A stretch of 64,000 bases of DNA from Nitrospirota bacterium (GTDB lineage: Bacteria; Nitrospirota; UBA9217): assembly GCA_029858565.1 (NCBI GenBank), contig JAOUEV010000001.1, forward strand, positions 96,001 through 160,000, written 5' to 3'. Below the pieces are notes generated by a model that did no database searches, was not told where the DNA came from, and saw only the letters and a list, made by a program, of their open reading frames with translations. Positions within the stretch are counted from its first letter, which is position 1, and each line of letters starts with the position of its first letter. A program made the position numbers and the translations under genes. Shown piece by piece: positions 9,088 through 18,420 of this stretch.

Positions 9088-9558
9088 ATGAAGAGAGTCC
9101 TGATTTCTATTTTGGCGGCAGGGTTTCTTGGGTTGTATTGCGGCTATGCAAACGCGGGGAGCTACACGGACAACGGCAATGCAACCGTGACCGACAATAC
9201 CACCGGTCTCATGTGGCAACAATGTTCCGCGGGTCTGAGCGGCGCTAATTGCACTGCAGGCATACAAGCTATATACTCATGGGATGATGCAATAACCTAT
9301 TGCGAAGGCCTGTCGCTCGGCGGCTTTACAGACTGGCGTCTGCCGAACGTCAGGGAGTTGAGCTCTCTTGTTGACGTTTCGCGGGTCAACCAGTCTATTG
9401 ATCCCCTGTTTCCTGCTACGCAATCAGCCTTGTACTGGTCGTCCACTATTAACGCGGGCAATACGTTATACGCGTGGATCGTGGACTTCAACAGCGGCCG
9501 CGTGTACTACAACGCGGTGTTTAATACGAACTATATCCGTTGCGTGCGGGGACAGTGA
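9088..9558 (+). CDS. secreted Lcl/DUF1566 protein; putative DGR target
   Basis: signal peptide; TDNTTGLMWQ, DWRLPNVREL, YWSST...IRCVRGQ. Confidence 0.85.
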   Translation: MKRVLISILAAGFLGLYCGYANAGSYTDNGNATVTDNTTGLMWQQCSAGLSGANCTAGIQAIYSWDDAITYCEGLSLGGFTDWRLPNVRELSSLVDVSRVNQSIDPLFPATQSALYWSSTINAGNTLYAWIVDFNSGRVYYNAVFNTNYIRCVRGQ

Positions 9559-9735
9559 GCCGGCGACTGGGTCATTGGGGTATCTGGGTATGAAGGGGGA
9601 GGGGGATGCCGCTATGCCAACATCCCCCTCGCATCGTACTATCCCCCAAGTGAAAAACGACGGGCCCCCTTTCAAGCCGGCGCTGGGCGCCGGCAGGGCG
9701 CGCCTGCGGCCGTGTATCCGGCCGGGAGGCAGGAC

Positions 9736-9942
9736 GTGGAGTGCTACATCGTTCGAATATACCGCCGATACGAGGACCCGGAGAGGAACATCGTCGGGGT
9801 CGTTGAAGAGGTGGGACAGGACGCAAAACAGGCATTTACCAATGACCGGGAACTGCGGGAGATCCTGGCCCCGGAACGAATACGAGCGGGCAGCCACGGC
9901 GGCAAAAGCGCTCTGAGCAGGTCCGGTGAACAGTCTCGTTAA
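9736..9942 (+). CDS. small hypothetical protein (68 aa)
   Basis: GGAGG + GTG start; YIVRIYRR...IVGVVEEV...AFTN..EL.EIL. Confidence 0.6.
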   Translation: MECYIVRIYRRYEDPERNIVGVVEEVGQDAKQAFTNDRELREILAPERIRAGSHGGKSALSRSGEQSR

Positions 9943-9955
9943 AAAGGAGGAATTG

Positions 9956-12109
9956 ATGAGAAACAGCACATTTGAGTACGGAATGGTTTTTCTGGCGCTA
10001 TGTTGTCTTGTTTTTGCAGGCTGCGGAGGCGGAGGCGCGACCACGATTGCGGATACCACTGCCCCGACGATCAGTTCCACCAGCCCGGCGAGCAACGCGA
10101 GCGGCGTTGCAGTGAACGGAGCGATCAGCGCGACCTTCAGCGAGGCCATGGATGCGTCAACAATAACATCGTCATCGTTCACGGTAAAAGACGCGAACAA
10201 TAACGCGGTTTCCGGGGCCGTGAATTATGCGGGAACATCCGCGACCTTCACGCCCGCGGCGGACTTTGCCTACGCTACGGCCTATACTGCAACGATCTCG
10301 ACGGGAGCAAAGGACGTTGCCGGAAATGCCCTCACAGCTGCCTATTCCTGGAGTTTCACCACGGGCACGGCTCCGGATACCACTGCCCCGACAGTCAGTT
10401 CCACCAGCCCGGAGAGCAACGCAACCGGTGTTGCGGTGAACGGCGCGGTCAGCGCGACCTTCAGCGAGGCCATGGACCCCGCAACGTTCACCGTATCGTC
10501 GTTCCTGCTGAAGGACGGGAGCAATAATGCCGTCAGCGGCGCGGTGAATTACGCGGGTACGACCGCGACCTTCACGCCGTCGGTCAATCTGGCTTATTCC
10601 GCGGGATACACGGCAACGGTCACGACTACTGTTAAAGACCTTGCAGGGAACGCCCCGGCTGCTGCCTATTCCTGGAGTTTCACCACCGGCGCGGCGCCGG
10701 ATACCACACCGCCGACGGTGACCTCCACCAGCCCGGCGGGCAGTGCAACCGGTGTTGCGGTGGACGGCGCGGTCAGCGTGACCTTCAGCGAAGCCATGAA
10801 AGCGGAGACGATCACCACCGGGTCCTTCCTGCTGAAAGACGCGGGCAATAACGCGGTCAGCGGCACGGTTATCTATTCAGCCGCAACGGCAACGTTCACT
10901 CCATCGGCAAATCTGGCCTATGCAACGCTGTACACGGCAACGGTCACAACGGCGGCAGTGGACCTGGCGGGAAACGGACTTGCGACAAATGCGACGTTTA
11001 CCTTTACGACCGCTGCAGCTCCGAACGTCGCTTTCGTGACCTCTGTTACCGGGAACGGTAATTTGAGTTCCTGGGCGGACGCCGGCGGAAAAACCGGCCT
11101 GGCTGCGGCAGACGCGATCTGCCAGGCGCGCGCAACAGCCGGAGGGCTGACGGGAACGTTCAAGGCCTGGATGTCCGATACCTCCGACGACGCCTATTGC
11201 CGCATGCATGACCTGACCGGCCACATTTATGATAAATGCGGACAAGGGGTGCTCCCGGCTTCGGCAGGGCCCTGGGTCAGAACCGACGGCACTCCCTTTG
11301 CTCCAACGATCGATAAAATGACGGCGCAGCGCCAGATCTACAGTCCGCTGGCGTATGACGAGTTCGGGATTAAGGCCCCGGCGGGATCGGCATTCCACAC
11401 CGGGACTTCGGAAACAGGCGAATATGTGTATGGAGGAATGTGCACAAACTGGACGGTTTCAAATTTTGATGCTCACAATGTAGGTTTTATCTACTCTACC
11501 ACCTACGGATGGACTGCCGGCTCGGGAAACTGTAACTCGTCGGCGGCGCTGGCGTGTTTTCAGATCGGGAACGGCGGACCGCTCCCGGCCTTTACCGCCA
11601 CGGGGAGAAAAGCCTTCATTACGTCGACCAAGGGGACCGGCAACCTCGGCAGTTGGGCCGACTCAGGCGGCAACACAGGTGTTGCTGCCGGCGATGCGAT
11701 CTGCCAGGCGCGGGCTTCCGCCGCCGGTCTTGCCAATGCGGCAAAATTCAAGGCGTGGTTGTCCGATGGAACCGCGGCGATGGATAGCCGGTTGACGGGC
11801 AATGGCCCCTGGCTCCGTCTCGACGGCATGGTTATGGCCAAGGACAAGACAGAACTCATGAGCGGCAGTTTGCCGACCAGCATCAACGTAACCGAGACAG
11901 GGGTGTACGTCGGCGACGCAAATTCCCTTGCCTGGACGGGCACGAAGTCAGACGGCACGGCGCACGCAGACACTTGTAACGGCTGGACCGATGCAACAAA
12001 CGGGATGAGCGGATTGGCGGGGATGCCTTATGCCGCGAACCTCTGGTGGACGTTCTTCACGCTGCCGACCTGCGACACGCAGGCGTCGCTCTATTGCCTG
12101 GAAGACTGA
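9956..12109 (+). CDS. lipoprotein, 3x Ig-like (Big_5/SbsA) + 2x DUF1554/endostatin-like lectin-fold domains
   Basis: lipobox FAG-C; DTTAPT..S.SP...ATFSEAMD repeats; two G..AADAICQARA...FKAW.SD...C..W...LYC domains. Confidence 0.8.
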   Translation: MRNSTFEYGMVFLALCCLVFAGCGGGGATTIADTTAPTISSTSPASNASGVAVNGAISATFSEAMDASTITSSSFTVKDANNNAVSGAVNYAGTSATFTPAADFAYATAYTATISTGAKDVAGNALTAAYSWSFTTGTAPDTTAPTVSSTSPESNATGVAVNGAVSATFSEAMDPATFTVSSFLLKDGSNNAVSGAVNYAGTTATFTPSVNLAYSAGYTATVTTTVKDLAGNAPAAAYSWSFTTGAAPDTTPPTVTSTSPAGSATGVAVDGAVSVTFSEAMKAETITTGSFLLKDAGNNAVSGTVIYSAATATFTPSANLAYATLYTATVTTAAVDLAGNGLATNATFTFTTAAAPNVAFVTSVTGNGNLSSWADAGGKTGLAAADAICQARATAGGLTGTFKAWMSDTSDDAYCRMHDLTGHIYDKCGQGVLPASAGPWVRTDGTPFAPTIDKMTAQRQIYSPLAYDEFGIKAPAGSAFHTGTSETGEYVYGGMCTNWTVSNFDAHNVGFIYSTTYGWTAGSGNCNSSAALACFQIGNGGPLPAFTATGRKAFITSTKGTGNLGSWADSGGNTGVAAGDAICQARASAAGLANAAKFKAWLSDGTAAMDSRLTGNGPWLRLDGMVMAKDKTELMSGSLPTSINVTETGVYVGDANSLAWTGTKSDGTAHADTCNGWTDATNGMSGLAGMPYAANLWWTFFTLPTCDTQASLYCLED

Positions 12110-12144
12110 GTTTTCGCAAAAATCAAGAAGACACGTACTGCTTT

Positions 12145-12174
12145 GCGGCCGCCCTTCGGGGCGGCCGTTTCTTT
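12145..12174 (+). terminator. intrinsic terminator (paralog of 7152-7181, intron-free)
   Basis: GCGGCCGCCC-TTCG-GGGCGGCCGT then TTCTTT. Confidence 0.85.
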
Positions 12175-12314
12175 GGAACGTGTATCGATGCTTCCCCCGT
12201 GGCAGGAATATGCTGCGGCGAACAGAGCCTTGACCCGCCTTTGCCCATGATGCTAGAATGCACACTGTTCACCGGCATGGATATCCCGATCATGGCAGCG
12301 CATTCTTTCCGTTC

Positions 12315-13148
12315 ATGACCCAACTTACCGAAGAGACTTTTGAAAAGACCCTCCGTTCCTTTATCCGCTCAGAGCGTATAGACCTGGGCGGCGTCACGTT
12401 CATCGATCCCTACGGCATGGTCGGCCTTTTGGAGATCGGCGAGCTGTGCATGCTCGAGGACGTGAAGAAGACGATCGTCCTTCCCCGATCCCCCGAGGTC
12501 TGCAGGTATCTTGAGCGCATGGACTTCTTTTCCCACGCGAAACGATACTTCACCCTTGAACCCATGCAGCCTCCATCTGATGGCAGCAGCGGCGCCTCAG
12601 ATGTACTGCTCGAGATCACACCCATCGAACGGGCCAACGATATCCACTATATTGTCGGCAAGGTGCGGGAGCGGGCCCAGGCCATACTTACTGCACATCT
12701 CCGGTACGATGAACGGGCCATCAACGGGTTCATCGTTGCCCTTTCCGAGGTCTGCCAGAACATCATCGAGCATAGCGAGAACAAGGGCTTTGTGGGAATC
12801 CAGAAGTACCGTTTTCCGAGCCTGGGAAAGAACATCGTCAAGATCGCGGTCATGGATGCGGGCATAGGATTTCGCAGGTCGCTCTCGAACCGCTTCAAGC
12901 TCAAGAGCGATCTTGAGGCTATAGAAAAGGGCCTGCTCCAAGGCGCGTCGCGCCACGAGGACGAGGGCCGTGGCCACGGCCTTGCCGCAGTGCGCAGGTT
13001 CGTGACCCAGTGGCAGGGCAGGCTCTCGATCCGCTCTGGCTCGGCCCGTCTCTCACTTATCCCGAAGTGGTCGCGGGGCAGGGAAAAGGAACTGAACCTC
13101 ACGCAGTTCCCCGGCAGCCAGATCAACATCATCCTGCCGGAGATGTGA
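12315..13148 (+). CDS. STAS-like + GHKL (HATPase_c) protein, anti-sigma-kinase-like
   Basis: IDLGGVTFIDPYG; N-box SEVCQNIIEHS, DAGIG, GRGHGL; no HisKA. Confidence 0.75.
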   Translation: MTQLTEETFEKTLRSFIRSERIDLGGVTFIDPYGMVGLLEIGELCMLEDVKKTIVLPRSPEVCRYLERMDFFSHAKRYFTLEPMQPPSDGSSGASDVLLEITPIERANDIHYIVGKVRERAQAILTAHLRYDERAINGFIVALSEVCQNIIEHSENKGFVGIQKYRFPSLGKNIVKIAVMDAGIGFRRSLSNRFKLKSDLEAIEKGLLQGASRHEDEGRGHGLAAVRRFVTQWQGRLSIRSGSARLSLIPKWSRGREKELNLTQFPGSQINIILPEM

Positions 13149-13207
13149 TCAGGCCCTATCCTGATCTCGAACACCGTTTTATTCCCGCGCTGATAACGCC
13201 TGTTTTA

Positions 13208-13236
13208 TTGACAGCTCTCGATCAAGTTGGTACTAT
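13208..13236 (+). promoter_or_regulatory. sigma70-like promoter
   Basis: TTGACA-17-TACTAT with TG extension. Confidence 0.55.
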
Positions 13237-13273
13237 GTTGCAGTTTGTTGAAGCCGTTCTGAAGGAGAATGAA

Positions 13274-13672
13274 ATGAAGAAACAGATTGTGATGTTGTTC
13301 CTGGCAGCAGGTCTCATGATCGCCCAGAGCGCATTGGCTGCTGAAACAGCGCCGCTCAGCACTCCGGAGCTGAAGCAGGCCATCGGCGCGGGCAAGAAGA
13401 ACACGGTTGTTTTCTTTATCAACCCCAACGGCGGTCCCTGCAAGGCGCAGAAGGAGATCCTGGTTCAGCTTCAGAAGGACCGGAAGGGGAACTTCAATAT
13501 TGCCTACGTGGATGCAATGAACCAGGCGAACCAGAAGGCGTTCTATGACTACGGCGTCAGGAGCCTGCCCACGGTCGTGGTCGTTGACGGGAAGGGCAAG
13601 ATCGCAAAGTATTTCCCTCCGGGCATCCAGAGCTACGATGTTCTGGCAAAGACGCTGGACAGCATTAAGTAA
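13274..13672 (+). CDS. exported thioredoxin-fold protein (GGPC, single Cys)
   Basis: signal peptide; FFINPNGGPCKAQ, YGVRSLPTVVVVD. Confidence 0.75.
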   Translation: MKKQIVMLFLAAGLMIAQSALAAETAPLSTPELKQAIGAGKKNTVVFFINPNGGPCKAQKEILVQLQKDRKGNFNIAYVDAMNQANQKAFYDYGVRSLPTVVVVDGKGKIAKYFPPGIQSYDVLAKTLDSIK

Positions 13673-14316
13673 TGGACCTAGGCATAACAAATATCGGATT
13701 GGCAATAGGCGCGGGGCTCGCAAGCGTGATGTCTCCCTGCGTGCTGCCGGTCGTTCCGGTGATCATGGCGGGGGCGGAGCGGGAAGACCGCCTTCGGCCC
13801 CTGCTGATCGTTCTCGGGCTGTCGCTCATGTTCATGATCATGGGCGCGATCTCGTCGCTCTTTGGCGCGCTTCTGGTCGGAAAGACCCGGTACATCGAAC
13901 TGACCGGCGCGGTGATCATCATGATCATGGGCTTTGTGGTCCTGTTCGATCTCAGCCTGTTCAAGCGGCTCTATCAATTGTCGAACATTCGCGTGAAGGG
14001 CGAGGGAAGGTTCTCGGGGCTTCTGCTCGGCATGGCGCTCGGCCTTGTCTGGGTCCCCTGCATCGGTCCGTTCCTGTCCAGCATCCTCACCATGGTCGGC
14101 ACGAGCGGAGAGATGGCAAAGGGTGTTTTCCTGCTCGGATTCTACTCTCTTGGCCTTGCGATCCCCATGCTGATCGTGGCTTATTCCTCACATCTTCTGC
14201 AGCGCAAGCTCAGTTCCCTGGCACGGCATGAAGCGGTATTTCGCTATGTGACCGGCAGCATCCTTATTGCTTTTGGTCTGTACTCCATCCTTGTCGGCAA
14301 CATCGCCTTCTCGTAA
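13672..14316 (+). CDS. ccdA: cytochrome c biogenesis / thiol transport protein CcdA
   Basis: SPCVLP and WVPCIGP motifs, about 6 TM; TAATG coupling to upstream gene. Confidence 0.85.
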   Translation: MDLGITNIGLAIGAGLASVMSPCVLPVVPVIMAGAEREDRLRPLLIVLGLSLMFMIMGAISSLFGALLVGKTRYIELTGAVIIMIMGFVVLFDLSLFKRLYQLSNIRVKGEGRFSGLLLGMALGLVWVPCIGPFLSSILTMVGTSGEMAKGVFLLGFYSLGLAIPMLIVAYSSHLLQRKLSSLARHEAVFRYVTGSILIAFGLYSILVGNIAFS

Positions 14317-14423
14317 CTGATTGATATTATAGGTTATAATATCAATTAAATAACCACTTGACAAAAGTCTTGAAATATGGTTCAATTGATTCAATTGAAT
14401 TGGATGTTTTTAGCGGGAGCTCT

Positions 14424-14990
14424 ATGGAATTAACGATCAATACCGGAACTTTTGAGCACAAGATCTATCCCATTCGAGGACAGAAGGTCATGCTGGACAG
14501 CGACCTTGCTGCTATGTATGGGGTGAATATCGGCGACCTGCATCGCGCGGTAAAAAGGAATATGACACGATTTCCCAAGGACTTCATGTTCCAGTTGACA
14601 CCCGATGAGACCGAAACCTTAAGATGCCAAACCGGCATCATGGGACTGCGTGAGCATCTTACAGCCCAAAACGCCGGCATAACGCCTGCTCGTGGAAAAC
14701 AGCGGAAGTATCTTCCCCAGGTCTTTACTGAACAGGGCGTGGCCATGCTTTCCAGCGTGTTAAAGAGCCGGCAGGCAGCTCACGTCAATACTGCAATCAT
14801 GCGCACGTTCATCAGTGATTCCCGGTTCGCGGTTGTTTTCGATGCCATTCGCGAGTTCATGACTCAGACGGACAAGATCGGTTTCCTTGCCAGGGAAAGC
14901 ATGTCTGTCTATAAGACAGTTGCTGAGAGATCATTATTGGCAGCCTCAAAAGCGGATAGGAAAAAGATCCATCATGAGGTTGCACGATGA
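14424..14990 (+). CDS. ORF6N (KilA-N-like) domain protein, possibly internally deleted
   Basis: IRGQKVMLDSDLA.MYGV...AVKRN..RFP.DFMFQLT...FTEQGVAMLSSVL. Confidence 0.8.
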   Translation: MELTINTGTFEHKIYPIRGQKVMLDSDLAAMYGVNIGDLHRAVKRNMTRFPKDFMFQLTPDETETLRCQTGIMGLREHLTAQNAGITPARGKQRKYLPQVFTEQGVAMLSSVLKSRQAAHVNTAIMRTFISDSRFAVVFDAIREFMTQTDKIGFLARESMSVYKTVAERSLLAASKADRKKIHHEVAR

Positions 14991-15370
14991 AGCCGGTGGC
15001 CACGGCAGAAACAATAGCGCGACAGATTTATCTGATCCGCGGACAGCACCGAAAGTATTTACCCTATGCATTTACCGAGCACGGGGCGCTCATGGCTGCG
15101 AGTGTTCTTAATACGCCGCGTGCCGTCGAGGTGAGCATTTATGTTGTGCGCGCATTCGTCAAGCTCCGGGAAATGATCGCTTCTCATAAGGATCTCGCAA
15201 ATCGCTTTGATGATTTGGAGAAACGATACGATGCGCGGTTTACCGTGGTTTTCGACGCTATTCGCGAACTGATGACCGTTCCGGAGGAAGAAAAAAGAAA
15301 AATCGGGTTTCTGGCAAAGGAGAACCATGCGGTCTATGCGTCGCCTGACCGCAGTAATGCAGTGGCCTAA
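14987..15370 (+). pseudogene. ORF6N-family paralog lacking most of the N-terminal domain
   Basis: IYLIRGQ joined directly to RKYLPYAFTEHGALMAASVLN...VVRAFVKLRE...RKIGF. Confidence 0.65.
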
Positions 15371-15380
15371 TAATTTCGCT

Positions 15381-15944
15381 ATGACCACTTACGACCTTCA
15401 TACACTCCTGAAAGAGGAGATCAACAGCGACGCCCGGGACCTCGTGACCCGGCCCACCGGCCAGGCCATCCGCATACGGATCGAGCGGGACCTGGAAGCG
15501 GAGCCCGCGGGAACCGTGATCGGTCTCGACTTCTCCAGGGTCGGAGTGATCGACTATTCCTGCGCGGACGAGATCGTGGCAAAGCTCCTGTCGCGGCTGC
15601 TTTCGGGCGAGTACGGGGACCGGTATCTCCTGCTCCTGGGGCTGAACGAGAACCAGAAGGAGAACATCGAGGTGGCGCTGGAACGGAAGGACCTCGCCAT
15701 CGCAGGCCAGATGAAGGACAACGGAAGGGCGCTGCTCGGGAGCCTGAACAATTACCTCCGCGACACGCTCGATCATATCGTGAAGAACCGGAAGGTATCG
15801 TCAAAGGACCTGGCAGACGCCAAGAAGCTCGAGCCGAACACGAGCGGAACACGGCTGCTGAACCTCTACAAGAAGCGGCTGGTAAAACGGATCGAGGAAC
15901 TGCGCAGCGACGGCAAGGTCTGGGTGTATGAAACGCTGGAGTAA
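15381..15944 (+). CDS. STAS-like (DUF4325-like) + winged-helix protein
   Basis: LDFSRVGVIDYSCADE; C-terminal SSKDLAD...NTSGTRLLNLYKKRLV. Confidence 0.6.
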   Translation: MTTYDLHTLLKEEINSDARDLVTRPTGQAIRIRIERDLEAEPAGTVIGLDFSRVGVIDYSCADEIVAKLLSRLLSGEYGDRYLLLLGLNENQKENIEVALERKDLAIAGQMKDNGRALLGSLNNYLRDTLDHIVKNRKVSSKDLADAKKLEPNTSGTRLLNLYKKRLVKRIEELRSDGKVWVYETLE

Positions 15945-16001
15945 AACAGCGCGAAGAAGCAACGGTGTTCTTATCAACGCGATTGACCGGAGGGTTGGAT
16001 C

Positions 16002-16460
16002 ATGGACAAGATCAACGACAGAATAGTCCTTTTTATCGCGCAGGGCGCGTACAGCGGCAGGGTGCCGTTCGCACCGGGAACAGCGGGAACGGCGGCTGCT
16101 GTTCTGCTGTATCTGCTGCTTAAGGCGCTCAATCCCGGGGCCTATCTTGGCGTATGCGTGCTCGTGACGGTCCTCGGGACCTGGATGGCAGGCGAGGCAG
16201 AGCTGCTGCTCAGGAAGAAGGACAGCCCCTCCATCGTTATCGACGAGATCGCCGGTTTTTTAGTGGCCATGTTCCTGGTGCCGGCGAGCTGGGAGTACAT
16301 CGTTGCGGCTTTCCTGCTCTTCCGGTTCTTCGATATCGTCAAACCCTGGCCGATCAACGGGCTTCAGAAGGTCTCCGGCGGCGCCGGGGTGATGCTCGAC
16401 GACCTGGGAGCAGGGATCTTCACGAACATAGTTCTTCAGATCGCGGCACGAAACCTATGA
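16002..16460 (+). CDS. pgpA: phosphatidylglycerophosphatase A
   Basis: APGTAGT, IVIDEIAG, FRFFDIVKPWP, MLDD. Confidence 0.92.
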   Translation: MDKINDRIVLFIAQGAYSGRVPFAPGTAGTAAAVLLYLLLKALNPGAYLGVCVLVTVLGTWMAGEAELLLRKKDSPSIVIDEIAGFLVAMFLVPASWEYIVAAFLLFRFFDIVKPWPINGLQKVSGGAGVMLDDLGAGIFTNIVLQIAARNL

Positions 16461-16561
16461 AGGGAAAGGAGTAAAGGATTGCAGGATTAGGAGGATTACC
16501 CCCTGGCATTATCAGACGGTTAATCCTTACCTCTCTACTCCTCTGATCCTGATCTTAAATC

Positions 16562-17797
16562 ATGCGCGCTGAGATCATAGCAACCGGCAGTGAACTGTTG
16601 ACCGGCAGGACCGTGGACACCAACTCCCTGTTCCTTGCCGACGGGCTTCTGGACCTCGGCATCGAAACCGCTTTCAAGTCCGTGGTAGGGGACGATGAAA
16701 AGGACATGGAAGAGGTCTTCCGCCGCGCCCTTGACCGCGCGGAGGTGATCGTGATCACCGGCGGCCTGGGCCCCACGGAGGATGATATCACGCGCAAGGT
16801 GCTCGCGCGGATGTTGAAGAAACGGCTCGTGCTGAACGAGAAAGCGCTCAAGGCGATCAAGGACGTGTTCGCTGCCCGGAACAGGGAGTATCCGGCGTCG
16901 AACGACCGCCAGGCGCTCATCCCGTCAGGCGGCCGGGTGCTGGCAAATCCCGTGGGCATCGCTCCGGGGTTCTTCCTGATCGAGGAAGGGCGGTTCATTG
17001 CCGTGCTTCCCGGAGTGCCGCAGGAGATGCGGACAATGTTCAGCGAGTCGCTCCGGCATGAGCTCGCGGCCCATTGCCGCAGCGAGGTCTTCATCCACCG
17101 CAAGGTGCTGCATACCTGGGGCATCGCCGAGTCAAAGGTCAACGAACAGCTTGAGGATATACTGAAAAAGGGCAAGCCCGTCATGGGACTGACCGCGCGG
17201 GAGACCGGCGTTGATATCAGCATCCTTGCGAAGGAAGGGAGCCGCGACCGCGCGCTCACCCTGGCGGACCGGACAGAGACCGAGGTCCGCAAACGGCTCG
17301 GCGACGCGGTGTACGGTATGGACAGCCAGGCCATGGAAGAGGTCGTGGGCGCCCTGCTCAGGCACCGCAAGCTCACACTCAGCGCGGCCGAGTCCTGCAC
17401 CGGCGGATTGATCAGCTCGAGGATCACGAACACTCCCGGAAGCTCCGACTATTTCGAACGAGCCGTGGTCACCTACAGCAACGCATCCAAGACCGAACTG
17501 CTGGGTGTTCCCGCGGAGCTGATCGCGGCCCATGGCGCGGTGAGCCGGGAGGTCGCGGCTGCCATGGCAACGGGCATCCGGGAACGCGCGAAAACAAGCC
17601 TCGGCATCGCGATCACCGGGATCGCGGGCCCGGGAGGCGGTACAGCGGAAAAGCCTGTGGGTCTTGTGTACCTGGCCCTCGCAACCGCCGAAGGCGTATC
17701 GGTCGAGGAGCGCAGGTTCCTGGGAGACCGCGACCAGATCCGGCAGCGTACCGCCCAGGCGGCGCTGGATATGGTGAGGAGGCATCTGATTGCGTGA
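16562..17797 (+). CDS. cinA: competence/damage-inducible protein CinA
   Basis: GSELL.G...DTN, GGLGPT.DD.T, AESCTGG, GAVS. Confidence 0.93.
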   Translation: MRAEIIATGSELLTGRTVDTNSLFLADGLLDLGIETAFKSVVGDDEKDMEEVFRRALDRAEVIVITGGLGPTEDDITRKVLARMLKKRLVLNEKALKAIKDVFAARNREYPASNDRQALIPSGGRVLANPVGIAPGFFLIEEGRFIAVLPGVPQEMRTMFSESLRHELAAHCRSEVFIHRKVLHTWGIAESKVNEQLEDILKKGKPVMGLTARETGVDISILAKEGSRDRALTLADRTETEVRKRLGDAVYGMDSQAMEEVVGALLRHRKLTLSAAESCTGGLISSRITNTPGSSDYFERAVVTYSNASKTELLGVPAELIAAHGAVSREVAAAMATGIRERAKTSLGIAITGIAGPGGGTAEKPVGLVYLALATAEGVSVEERRFLGDRDQIRQRTAQAALDMVRRHLIA

Positions 17798-17862
17798 TTG
17801 CGGATTGCGGATTGAAAAAACCGCTGGCATAATCCGCAATCTGCAATCGGAAATCCGAAATC
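17796..17862. repeat. heptamer-based inverted repeat
   Basis: GATTGCGGATTGCGGATT ... AATCCGCAATCTGCAATC. Confidence 0.75.
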
Positions 17863-17865
17863 AAT

Positions 17866-18420
17866 ATGCGTTTATTCATTGCCATCGAGCTCCCCGAATC
17901 GCTCAAGCAGGAGATCGGGACGGTCCGGGAACAGCTCAGGAAGAGCGGGGCAGATGCCAACTGGACCCGGCCTGAAGGCATCCACCTGACGCTCAAGTTC
18001 CTGGGCGAGGTGGAGGAGTCCCTCGTCCCGTTGATCAAAGGATCCCTTGCAGCGGCTTGTCGGGGTATCGGAAAGTTCCGGATCGAGATCGCGGGAGCGG
18101 GCGCCTTCCCGAACCTGAAGGCCCCCCGGGTGCTGTGGCTGGGCGTGCAGGGTGACGTGGAAAAGCTCGGAGCGCTGCAGGCATCGGTCGAGGACGGGAT
18201 GGCGGATCTGGGATTCGAGCGGGAGGAACGGAAGTTCAGTCCTCATCTTACCCTTGGCCGCGTTAAGTTCCCCAGGCCACGGGACAACTGGCAGGACAGG
18301 ATCAGCGAGATCAGGGACGTGCAGCTCGGCGGATTCGAGGCCGGTCACGTGAGCCTGATGAAGAGCGAGCTACGGCGCGACGGCGCGGTGTATACGGAAA
18401 TGGCGAGGATAGAGATCTAG
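17866..18420 (+). CDS. thpR: RNA 2',3'-cyclic phosphodiesterase
   Basis: two 2H motifs HLTL; MRLFIAI. Confidence 0.92.
   Translation: MRLFIAIELPESLKQEIGTVREQLRKSGADANWTRPEGIHLTLKFLGEVEESLVPLIKGSLAAACRGIGKFRIEIAGAGAFPNLKAPRVLWLGVQGDVEKLGALQASVEDGMADLGFEREERKFSPHLTLGRVKFPRPRDNWQDRISEIRDVQLGGFEAGHVSLMKSELRRDGAVYTEMARIEI

Noticed and set aside
9430-9558. One variable region serving as TR for its neighbour
   Set aside because: Many mismatches are at non-A positions in both directions, and both regions are coding
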